Shown here: positions 19,557-30,145 of the stretch, in pieces
Layout: the number at the start of each line of letters is the position of its first letter
Position numbering within the stretch: the stretch's first letter is position 1
Origin: Trueperaceae bacterium
GTDB taxonomy: Bacteria > Deinococcota > Deinococci > Deinococcales > Trueperaceae
Reading direction: 5' to 3'
DNA length: 64,000 nucleotides
Assembly (NCBI GenBank): GCA_965213705.1
Contig: OZ243913.1
Span: forward strand, 832,001 to 896,000
Made by a program: the position numbers and the translations under genes
The notes under the pieces: model-generated
What the model was told of the DNA's origin: nothing
Databases searched by the model: none
The model's input: the letters and a program-made list of their open reading frames with translations, nothing else

Positions 19557-20384
19557 TTAACTCAGCTCGGCGAAGCGCGCTTCCCAAACGCGCAGCGCCC
19601 CAGGGTCGAGCGTGAAGATTCCGTCCCGCCACGACCCCACCTTTGTAAGAATGCGCCTCAGGTTGTCGGGCTCGAGCAGCGCCGGGCCGCTCAGGACGCG
19701 CAGACCACGCAACACCTTCCGCGCCGCCTCGGGCGAGTAGCTGGGCTCGGAGTAAGCGGCGAGGAAGCTCAAGAACATCGGGCTGCGCGTCCTGTCCCTG
19801 TCTTGCAACGCCCCGTAGACTTGCAGCAGGTCGTCACGGGTGGGCGTAGGTGGTGTGGGTGCAACTTGCGTGGGTGCAACTTGCGTGGGTGCAACTTGCG
19901 TGGGCGCGGCCCGGTCGGGTAGAGGTCCCGCCTCGGGCCGGTCGGTGTTGTCGGGAGGGTCGGCGTCGTAGGCCTGGTCGGGCGGATAAGTCCGGTCTCG
20001 GACATCGACCCGTTTGAGTTTGCCTTCGCTGGCGTGGTCTATCTTGCGACTTTCTTTGGTCTTAAAGTCGTACTCGTCCCAGGGAAACTTGTCCAGGTTT
20101 TCGCGGTAGTAAAAACCCCCGCCGTTGCTGGCCTTGTACTGTCCCAGCGTGGAGCTGTGCCGTTTGGGGTAACCCGTACACTGCACGTCGACGTACTCGA
20201 AGTCTTCGCCTTCGCGCTCGCCTTTCTTGGTGGTGACCGAGCGGTAGCGAATCTCGGTGGGCAGCCCGCAGACCAAGCAGCGCTTGGGCACGTCGAGCCA
20301 GCGCTGCGCGTCTCGCAGGGTCTCGAGCTCGCCCCCGGCCTCGACGAGGAGGGTCAGGTTGTGAAAAGAAATTTCGACTCTCAC
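19557..20384 (-). CDS. Hypothetical protein with Zn-ribbon-like N-terminus and Pro-rich linker
   Basis: Clean 275-aa ORF; CLVC...QC...H; APTQV x3. Confidence 0.7.
   Translation of the reverse strand: MRVEISFHNLTLLVEAGGELETLRDAQRWLDVPKRCLVCGLPTEIRYRSVTTKKGEREGEDFEYVDVQCTGYPKRHSSTLGQYKASNGGGFYYRENLDKFPWDEYDFKTKESRKIDHASEGKLKRVDVRDRTYPPDQAYDADPPDNTDRPEAGPLPDRAAPTQVAPTQVAPTQVAPTPPTPTRDDLLQVYGALQDRDRTRSPMFLSFLAAYSEPSYSPEAARKVLRGLRVLSGPALLEPDNLRRILTKVGSWRDGIFTLDPGALRVWEARFAELS
19855..19904. repeat. 15-bp tandem repeat GTGGGTGCAACTTGC x3 plus partial
   Basis: Perfect copies at 19855, 19870, 19885; encodes APTQV on the minus strand. Confidence 0.95.
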
Positions 20385-20569
20385 AGTAACACCAGTTTAC
20401 ACCCGAACCCGGGAGAGGAGCGGAACGGGCCGCAACAACCGTGTGCGCGTCGTCAGGGCTTGTGAAGCGTCAAACAACGGTTCCAAGAAGGGTTGACGTT
20501 TTCGACAAGACGTAAAGCTTGAAAACGCCCTACCGTCGGCGAACGTACCGCGAATTTTGGTCTTGTTTG

Positions 20570-20860
20570 GAGACGCTGACGGTAGAAGTTGGACAATTAC
20601 GAAGTCACCTCCGGCAAATCCGACGACGGTGCTCAGCCCCGTTTTGGCGGCCAGAGACAGTTCCCCACCGGCTCGGACGCCAGACGCTGCCTTACGCCGT
20701 CCGCCGGGCCGAAGCGCTGGGCCGAGAAGCGGAACAGCTGTTGCGCACCGTGACCCTTGAGCGCGGCGTGCGCTTGTTGGGCGTCGGCGCCACCGGGCTT
20801 ACGAGGGCGGCGGGGGGTCCGGCACAACCTTTTTTGTTTCCAGCCCACAAAATGCGCTAG
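20570..20860 (+). pseudogene. 3' fragment of a Y-family DNA polymerase IV (little-finger domain)
   Basis: TLTVEV...QTLPYAV...AEQLL..RGVRLLGVGATGL...QPFLF (clamp-binding-like tail); no catalytic domain. Confidence 0.65.
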
Positions 20861-21264
20861 TTTCTTCTTGCTCTGCTCGCATTTGAGTCCGAGAGAATTA
20901 AACGGAAGGGGTATCAGGTGCTTGCACTCGTTGCGGATTTCGATAAGAAAGCGAACAACTCTTCCAAGGGGAGCTGTAGTACCGAAATCCGTATGAGCAA
21001 GGGTCGGACTAGGAGGTCCGGCGGGATGAGGAGGCGAACCGCTCAAAAGGTGAGTTTGGCAAGCGACCCCGCTCACACGCCAACCGTCTTTTGTGACTGG
21101 GATTGTCACGAAGTCCGCTGGCCTGTTCGCACGTGTGACGTCACCGTCGGCAGCCGGTCATAGCTGAGCGGGACACCGCCACCTGCGACGAGGGCGAAGT
21201 GGGGTTTTGCGATGAGCTATACGGCACAGTTGACCGGCCTGGATACGGCTTTGTGAAGCGGGGG

Positions 21265-22956
21265 TTACGCGCCGTCTCCACCGTGTTTCGTGTCCTCGCC
21301 CCCCTGTTGTAAACGCACAAAAAGCGCCCCCAGCGCGGCGGCGGCACCCGCGCCGACCGCCCCGCCCACAAGCCACTTGCGCACGCTCCCTTTCAGCAAG
21401 TTTTGCGCCGCCAAGTACCCCGACCCGGCGTTCGTGCCGCCGCCGGGCCAGGTCGCCGCGCCGACCATAAACAGGTTTTCCACGGGCATCCGGTAGGTCG
21501 ACCAGCCGGGAAAGGGACGGAACAAAAAGTTTTGCTTGAGGTGGTGGCTGCCCCCCACGCTGTCCCCACCGCGCAGGTTTGGGTTGTGCCTTTCTAAGTC
21601 GGCGGGCGAGAAAACCGTGCGCGCCAGAACTAAATCCTTGACGCCGGGGGCGTAGGGCTCGAGCTTGTCCATGACCCGGTTGGCGTAGGGCTCTTTGAGG
21701 TCGTCCCAGGTGCCGGGGGCGAGCGTGCCCGCCGCGTCCCCCTTGACGTCGTAAGGCAGGGTGCGCACCTGTATCCAGAGGATGTGCTCGTCGCCCGGCG
21801 TGCGCGACGGGTCGAAGGTGGTCGGCTGCCCGACGATGAGCAGCGGGCTCGCGGGCAGATAACCATTGAGCGAGTCCGTGTAGGTGCGGGCTAGGTCGTC
21901 GACGTAGGGCGGGATGTGAACGTAGGCGAAGTCGCCGATTTCCTCGCCCGCCGCCCAGCGCGGTTTGCCCTTGAGGGCCAGGTGGACCATCATGGTGCCG
22001 GGGCCGTAGGCGTAGCGCGCAACTTTGCGGCGGAACGCGTCCGGCAGCGGTTCGGGCAACAAGCGCTCGAACAGCACCGTCGGGGTGAGGTTGGCGATGA
22101 CGGCGCGGCTCGCGAACACCTGTTCGCCGTTCGCCAGCTCCACGCCGACGGCTTTGCCCTCGTCGGTGAGGACGCGCGTCACCTCGGTTCCCGTCGCCAC
22201 CTCGCCGCCGTGCTCGCGGATAATGCCCACCAGGGCGTCGGGTAGCGCCGACGCGCCGCCCTTGGCTATCGCCATGCCCTCTTCCATGTCGCTGAACACC
22301 TCGAGCAGCGGAAACTGCGCCCCACCCGACACGTCCGGGCCGAAGTCCAGGTGCATCCCCCAGGTGGCGACGAGCGCGCGCATCTCTTCGGTCTCAAAGT
22401 AAGCTTCGCCCAGTTCGCGCGTCGAACTCAGGACCAGGTGGCCGAGTTCGAGTATCTCCTCCACCCCCACCTTGCGCACCGCGTCGGTGAGCGCGCCGCC
22501 CGCCGCGAGCGAGGGCAGTTCGGTGTAGTAGAGCGGCAGCAGGGCCTTTTGAAACGCCTTGAAGTGCGCGTACAACCGCTCGAAGCCCTCGGCGTCCCCG
22601 GCGCTGTGTTCACGCAGGTGCGCGAGCGTCTTGTCGTAGTTCCTGTAAACACGCAGGCTCGAGCCGTCCGGGAAGACGTTGCAGTAAGGCTTGTCCGACA
22701 CGCAGTAGCTCAGGCCGTGCCGCTCCAGGTCCTCTTTCAATTCCTTGTAGACGGGTGAGCCGCGGAACAGGTTCTGGTTCATCGAGTACAGGTCGTGAAC
22801 AAAGCCGGGCAGCGTGATTTCGCCGCTCTGCACCGCGCCGCCCACGCGCGCGTTGCGCTCTAAAACGAGCACGCGCCACTTGGCTCGGGCGAGGTACGCG
22901 GCGGCCGTGAGACCGTTGTGGCCCGCGCCGACAACGATGGCGTCGTAAGGTGTCAT
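21265..22956 (-). CDS. Phytoene desaturase/PYROXD2-like FAD oxidoreductase
   Basis: YDAIVVGAGHNGLTAAAYLA, NPNLRGGD, GAATWPGGG; RBS GGAGGT. Confidence 0.9.
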   Translation of the reverse strand: MTPYDAIVVGAGHNGLTAAAYLARAKWRVLVLERNARVGGAVQSGEITLPGFVHDLYSMNQNLFRGSPVYKELKEDLERHGLSYCVSDKPYCNVFPDGSSLRVYRNYDKTLAHLREHSAGDAEGFERLYAHFKAFQKALLPLYYTELPSLAAGGALTDAVRKVGVEEILELGHLVLSSTRELGEAYFETEEMRALVATWGMHLDFGPDVSGGAQFPLLEVFSDMEEGMAIAKGGASALPDALVGIIREHGGEVATGTEVTRVLTDEGKAVGVELANGEQVFASRAVIANLTPTVLFERLLPEPLPDAFRRKVARYAYGPGTMMVHLALKGKPRWAAGEEIGDFAYVHIPPYVDDLARTYTDSLNGYLPASPLLIVGQPTTFDPSRTPGDEHILWIQVRTLPYDVKGDAAGTLAPGTWDDLKEPYANRVMDKLEPYAPGVKDLVLARTVFSPADLERHNPNLRGGDSVGGSHHLKQNFLFRPFPGWSTYRMPVENLFMVGAATWPGGGTNAGSGYLAAQNLLKGSVRKWLVGGAVGAGAAAALGALFVRLQQGGEDTKHGGDGA

Positions 22957-23720
22957 AGTTACCTCCACTTGAGGAAATTTGCGCCTGACGGGGCTTAAGT
23001 GGGCAAGGATGTAGATTGGAAACTAAAACTTGCGCCGGCGCAACGCTCAAGAAGCATTCATGGTACAAAGCCTGCGGTCGTCTCACCCCCCCGAGGTTCT
23101 CGAGAGCCGGCGGTTGCTGGTTCTTACAAGCATAGCCCCACCTGAACGTGTTGATTAGGATTCAAACCAACATCCTGGGGCTTACGCGAGAGTTGGGCCG
23201 TCAATATACAAGTCGATACGCAAAAGGCCAAAGAAGTGTCTGGGCGTCATCCAAAGAACACCTCACCCCCCGGACCTCCTCGACGACTGCGCCCAGCGGT
23301 CAACCGGTATCGACCATCGCAGCGTGAGCCCGCGCACGTCACCGTGGTCGATAGTCGATATGCCAGGTTTGTCGCCTTTCGCGCCGAACACGGGTTGACC
23401 TGCAACCAGCTCGCTTCTACTCTCTGTATAAGCGGGCCATAGAAGGTCGGGAGGCGCGCCGGCGCTAACCCTCTGGGTTTGGCTGTTGCTGCACGTCGTT
23501 ATGCGCCATCCTGAAATCGGGCCTGTCCTGGTGCCGGAGGGTCTGTGCGGCCTCTGCGATGAAGCGCGGGGCGGGGTTGGAACTACGCGTGGTTCCAGGT
23601 TCAAACTGGAGCAAGTCGGGAGCCTGCTCGAGAGCCTGGGGGTATCGCTTGACAAAGGGCACACGGCACAAACGACCACTCCCCTGAATTAGTTGGCACA
23701 CAAGCGGCACACAGAGACGT

Positions 23721-23754
23721 AAAAAGTGCGATAGGTTTTTGGTCTATCGCACTT
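23721..23754 (-). terminator. Intrinsic terminator after tRNA-Asn
   Basis: AAGTGCGATAG/CTATCGCACTT 11-bp stem running into a U tract on the minus strand. Confidence 0.8.
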
Positions 23755-23783
23755 AGTTTTGCTGTCCCTGACAGCCTTTCTTT

Positions 23784-23858
23784 TGGCTCCGCGGGTAGGA
23801 TTCGAACCTACGACCAATCGATTAACAGTCGATCGCTCTGCCACTGAGCTACCGCGGA
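23784..23858 (-). tRNA. tRNA-Asn(GTT)
   Basis: TCCGCGGTAGCTCAGTGGCAGAGCGATCGACTGTTAATCGATTGGTCGTAGGTTCGAATCCTACCCGCGGAGCCA; cloverleaf, encoded CCA. Confidence 0.97.
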
Positions 23859-23945
23859 TTACAGTCTCGAGCGAGCTGCCTCGGCGCCGGGCAAAAGGCA
23901 GTCTAGCAAAGCCGACAAGGCTTTGGCAAGCCTTGTCGAACGCTG

Positions 23946-25856
<1,911 letters not shown>

Positions 25857-26331
25857 CGGGGTCGCTCCTTAAAACCTGGTCTGAACGGGTAAAACACCCG
25901 TTAAAGCGGTTTAAGATAGCACGTCGCGTCTTGCAGAACTGTTAACTAAAAGAAAAATCGGCTTACGCCGCCGCGCGTGCAAGACCGGCGAAGTTGGGCA
26001 GGATTTCGTCCCGTTCACACCGTTTTTGACTGCGAGTTTTCGCCAGGCGTTTACCCAGCGAGAACCGTGCGTCACACCGTTTTACACCGCCTCGAGACGC
26101 GAATACGCGCCCTGAAAGTTTCGGCAACAGCCTATGTCCCCGACGACCTTTTTACTGGGCCTGTGCTCTTGTAAACGGCGTTGCCGACACCGCCCGCCCT
26201 GACTGACGCCCACCGCCCCACTAGGTCAGCCGACTGGGTCAGCCGAGGACATTTTTATTGGGTGAACGAACGGCGTCGTGAAACCCTCTCGTTTTACGCC
26301 CTTTCTCATGCGCGGGTGTCACACTGTAAAG

Positions 26332-26904
26332 ATGAAACAGCTTCTTTTGAGCGGACTTTTGTTGCTGGGGGCGTTCGGTTTGGCAGGCGAACTTCAAGAG
26401 CTTCACCAACAGCAACCGCAGGTTCAAACCGCGCCGCCGCTCGGTACGTCCGAGCAAGTCACGACGCCCGGCGTGAAACCTTTTCCGCCGACCGCGAACC
26501 TTCGACCCGACGCCACTCACGACATCACCGCCGTCGGCCTCGAGCGCCTCCGCTGCTACGCGCAGTGTCCGGCTTACACCGTCATCATTCAAGCCGACGG
26601 GTCGTTTCGGTACGTGGGCGAGTACGGCGTGGAACGTTTGGGCGAGTACACGGGCCAGGTGAGCCAGGGTCGCCTGAACCAGGTGCTGGCTTTCGTCGCC
26701 GAGACCGACTTTGCGGAGATGGACACGAGCTACACTTCCCCTTTTCTGGACGGGCCGACCGTCTACACGATGGTTGCAGAAAACGGCGACCCCAAAGTCA
26801 TAGAGAACTACGCCAACAGCGGCCCGGCGACGCTGTGGGCCATCGAGCAACTTATAGACGACCTGCTCGAGACCGCCGAGTGGGAAGCGGCCGACACGCG
26901 CTGA
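26332..26904 (+). CDS. Secreted DUF6438-like protein
   Basis: Signal peptide; LERLRCYAQCPAYTVIIQADGSFRYVG. Confidence 0.75.
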   Translation: MKQLLLSGLLLLGAFGLAGELQELHQQQPQVQTAPPLGTSEQVTTPGVKPFPPTANLRPDATHDITAVGLERLRCYAQCPAYTVIIQADGSFRYVGEYGVERLGEYTGQVSQGRLNQVLAFVAETDFAEMDTSYTSPFLDGPTVYTMVAENGDPKVIENYANSGPATLWAIEQLIDDLLETAEWEAADTR

Positions 26905-27037
26905 CCCGACCCCGGAAGTCCGAGGTTGTCCTGTTTGCCTCAGCCTGTTGGTCCCAGCCTGTTTCAGCTCTTTAGTCTCGGCCGCAGGCGTGTTCGAGAG
27001 CGACCCTTTCACAGTCCCTGTGCTAACGTAACCAGCT

Positions 27038-28888
27038 ATGCAAAACCTCAAAACGAGCCTCCAACACGCCCTGAACACCGCGCTGAGCAAGCTGGGGGTC
27101 GAAAACGTCGACGCGCCCATCCAAGAAGTGCCCGCCGACAAACCCGGCGACTACGGCAGCCCGGTCGCGTTCGCGCTCGCTAAAAGCTTGCGCAAAAACC
27201 CGGCGCTCATCGCGGCCGAACTGGTCGAAAATTTGGACCTGCCAATGGGCATCGCCAGGGCCGAAGCGGTCGGACCGTACCTCAACTTTTTTGTGGATGC
27301 GGGAAGCTTTGTTCGAGGCGTGGTCGGGGACGCGCTCGTTTTACCCAAGCAGGACAAAAAGATGATCGTCGAACACACCTCGGTCAACCCTAACAAAGAG
27401 GCGCACGTCGGACACCTACGCAACATCGTTTTGGGCGACGCCTGCGCGCGCATTTTAAGGGCGGCGGGTTACGAGGTCGAGGTGCAAAACTACATCGACG
27501 ACACCGGGCGGCAGGCGGCCGAGTCGATCTTCGCGGCGCGCTATTTTAAGGCCGAGTACGACCCGAAGAGTGCCGAAGGCCACGGCTCCAAAAAGTACGA
27601 CCACTGGCTCGGCGAGCTGTACGTGCGGCTTACCCAGGCCAAAGAGAGCGACGGCGAAGCGATTGAACAAGGCGTCTCGGACGTGATGCACCGGCTCGAG
27701 CGCGGCGAACTGCGCACCAACATTGAAGACATCCTGCGCGCGCAACTCCAGACTTACTACCGCCTGGGGGCCGAGTACGACGTGTTCGTGTGGGAGTCCG
27801 ACATCGTCCGGAGCGGGTTGCTGGAGCAAGCCCTGGCCGTCCTGAACAACAGCGACCACGTTTTTCAAGCCACCGAAGGCAAGTACGCGGGCGCGCTCGT
27901 CATGGACGTGTCCGAGTTTTTGCCCGGTTTAGAGGAACCGCTCGTGGTGCTCGTGAGAAGCGACGGCAACGCGATGTACGTGATGAAGGACATCCCCTAC
28001 CAATATTGGAAAGTCGGGCTGTTCGAGGGCCTGGTGTTCGAAGCGTTCGACACCCAACCCTCGGGCAAAACGCTCTACACCAGCGCCCCGCAGGGCGAGG
28101 CGCACCCCGACGGGCGAGTGTTCGCCCACGCGGACGAAATCGTCAACGTCATCGACGCGCGGCAGTCACATCCGCAAACCATCGTCAAGACGGCGCTGAA
28201 ACTCTCCGGCACCGCCAAGGGTTACGACCAGTCGCACCACCTGGCTTACGAAGTGGTGACGCTCGAGGGTGCGGCGATGAGCGGGCGTAAAGGGATTACC
28301 CTGTCCATCGACGCGGTGATGGAGGAGGCTGTCAAACGTGCCCGGAGCGTCGTCGAGGAGAAAAACGCCGGTTTGACGACCATCGACGAGGTCGCCGAAC
28401 AGGTCGGCATCGGCGCGCTGCGTTTCGGGATGCTGAAAAGTGAGGCGAAACGAATAATCGACTTCCGCTGGGAACAGGCGCTGTCGTTGCAGGGCGACTC
28501 GGCCCCGTACGTGCAGTACGCACACGCGCGGGCCTGCAGCATCTTACGCGCAGCGAAGGCGGAGGGTTTGAGTCCTAAGGGTGCGGATTTTTCGAAGTTG
28601 GGCGACTTAGAGGTCAAACTCGCCCAGACGCTTGCCAGACTGCCCGAAACGGTGAGCCAAGCCGCTCGAGACTTCGCGCCGCACGTCGTCGCGCAGTACT
28701 GCCTCGACTTAGCGACCGCCTGGAACGGTTACTACAACCACAAAGACGCGTCCGGCAAACCCGACACGCGCGTGCTCCAGTCGGAGCCAGGTTTGCGCGA
28801 GGCGCGGTTAGCCTTGGTTGAAAAAGTCAGGGAGACGCTTTTTAAGGGGCTCGAGCTGCTGGGCATCGGCGCGCCGGAAGAGATGTGA
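27038..28888 (+). CDS. argS: Arginyl-tRNA synthetase
   Basis: VEHTSVNPNKEAHVGHLRN, MSGRKG, PYVQYAHARACSIL, APEEM end. Confidence 0.97.
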   Translation: MQNLKTSLQHALNTALSKLGVENVDAPIQEVPADKPGDYGSPVAFALAKSLRKNPALIAAELVENLDLPMGIARAEAVGPYLNFFVDAGSFVRGVVGDALVLPKQDKKMIVEHTSVNPNKEAHVGHLRNIVLGDACARILRAAGYEVEVQNYIDDTGRQAAESIFAARYFKAEYDPKSAEGHGSKKYDHWLGELYVRLTQAKESDGEAIEQGVSDVMHRLERGELRTNIEDILRAQLQTYYRLGAEYDVFVWESDIVRSGLLEQALAVLNNSDHVFQATEGKYAGALVMDVSEFLPGLEEPLVVLVRSDGNAMYVMKDIPYQYWKVGLFEGLVFEAFDTQPSGKTLYTSAPQGEAHPDGRVFAHADEIVNVIDARQSHPQTIVKTALKLSGTAKGYDQSHHLAYEVVTLEGAAMSGRKGITLSIDAVMEEAVKRARSVVEEKNAGLTTIDEVAEQVGIGALRFGMLKSEAKRIIDFRWEQALSLQGDSAPYVQYAHARACSILRAAKAEGLSPKGADFSKLGDLEVKLAQTLARLPETVSQAARDFAPHVVAQYCLDLATAWNGYYNHKDASGKPDTRVLQSEPGLREARLALVEKVRETLFKGLELLGIGAPEEM

Positions 28889-29322
28889 TGACAGCCTGCG
28901 TGTTCTGCGACATCGTTCAAGGTAAAGCGCCCGCAAGCAAAGTGCTCGAGGACGAGCACACCGTGGCGTTTATGGATTTGCGGCAATTTCACCCCGGTCA
29001 CGTCCTGGTGATTCCAAAGCCTCACCTGCCGGACGTTCGCTATCTGGACGAAACCCTGGGTGCGGCGCTGATGAGCACGGTCGTCAAGGTGACCAGGGCG
29101 GTCAGCGCGGCTTTTCCGAGTGACGGGATGAACCTGTGGCACTCGGTCGGTGCAGCGGGTGGGCAAGAGGTTTTTCACCTGCACATTCACGTGCTGCCGC
29201 GTTTTGAGGGTGACGGTCTGTTACAGGTTTACCCTGAAACGCCCGGTTATCCCGAGCGGGCTACCCTGGACGAGTGGGCTAAGCGAATCAATTATCAGCT
29301 TCAACCTGAAAAACTACTTTGA
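28888..29322 (+). CDS. HIT family hydrolase
   Basis: CVFC, GHVLVIPK, GQEVFHLHIHVLPR. Confidence 0.93.
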   Translation: MTACVFCDIVQGKAPASKVLEDEHTVAFMDLRQFHPGHVLVIPKPHLPDVRYLDETLGAALMSTVVKVTRAVSAAFPSDGMNLWHSVGAAGGQEVFHLHIHVLPRFEGDGLLQVYPETPGYPERATLDEWAKRINYQLQPEKLL

Positions 29323-29501
29323 TATAGGTGCCGGAGGCTACTCGTACTCTTGCCCGTCACGGTCGGCTACCACGGCCTCTCCAGCACCTCCACTGGCGAC
29401 GACCTTGCTGCCCAGCGGTTTGCCTTGGCCTTCAGCGCTGTGAAGAGCGGCAGCTTCTAAAAGCGTGAAAAGTTCAACATCGAGACCCAGATGAATTTCG
29501 C

Positions 29502-30140
29502 TCACAACCCCGGTATCAAGGCGATAAGCCTGAACAAAAGAGTCCGAAAGAAACTCGTAATACCACCGATAATCCCGGTGTAGCTGAGGAGCAGAAAAAC
29601 GACGATGAAGCCGATAAACCCGTACGACGCGATTTGCTGAACGACGCGGCGCACGTCCGCGTTGCCCCAGGCGAGGGCGGCTTTGGCACCGTCCAAGGGG
29701 TAGACCGGAAACAGGTTGATGACGGCGTGTAAAAGGGCTATATCGCCGGTGATGCGAAAAGCAACGGCCAAGTCCTGGCGTTGGACCTGAAAAAACACCG
29801 CCGCGACCAAGTAACCGACAAAGCCGACGATGAGGTAAGCCAACGGGCCGCTGTACCAGACGAACGCCTCTTGCCGGCCCCGCCCGCGGTAGTTGCGTGA
29901 ACTCACCGGAATCGCCTTGGGCCAGCCGAAGCCGAGCAGAAACAAAAAAAGTACGCCCGTCGGCTCGAGCTGCTGTTGCGGGTCGAAGCTCATGTAGCCC
30001 GAAAAGCGCGGGCCGTTGTCGCCGTAGCGCGAGGCGACCCAGCTCTGAAAAACGTTGTGGAAAATAAGCGCAATGACCATCACGACGGCGCTGATGACAA
30101 GCGTGTTGAGGTCTTGAGTTTGGAGGAAAGTCAATAACAT
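29502..30140 (-). CDS. Site-2 protease (M50) family membrane protein with degenerate HExxH
   Basis: FHNVFQSW in place of HExxH; GFGWPKAIPV, GPLAYL, NLFPVYPLDG. Confidence 0.85.
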   Translation of the reverse strand: MLLTFLQTQDLNTLVISAVVMVIALIFHNVFQSWVASRYGDNGPRFSGYMSFDPQQQLEPTGVLFLFLLGFGWPKAIPVSSRNYRGRGRQEAFVWYSGPLAYLIVGFVGYLVAAVFFQVQRQDLAVAFRITGDIALLHAVINLFPVYPLDGAKAALAWGNADVRRVVQQIASYGFIGFIVVFLLLSYTGIIGGITSFFRTLLFRLIALIPGL

Positions 30141-30145
30141 GAAGG

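Noticed and set aside
22970..23720. Short ORFs between the oxidoreductase and the tRNA, and at 20860-21260 and 62767-63024
   Set aside because: No recognisable motifs or convincing start signals; probably decayed DNA
17035..23858. tRNA-Asn-anchored integrative element or prophage
   Set aside because: No integrase, no duplicated tRNA 3' end and no structural phage genes seen
25860..26330. Riboswitch or shared GTTCAGACC / TCACACCGTTTT motifs upstream of speA and the rhodopsin
   Set aside because: Short matches compatible with chance; no known RNA structure recognised
29338..29505. 55-codon ORF (VSEIHLGLDVELF...) overlapping the S2P stop
   Set aside because: The GTGA overlap is suggestive but no family is recognisable; left uncalled
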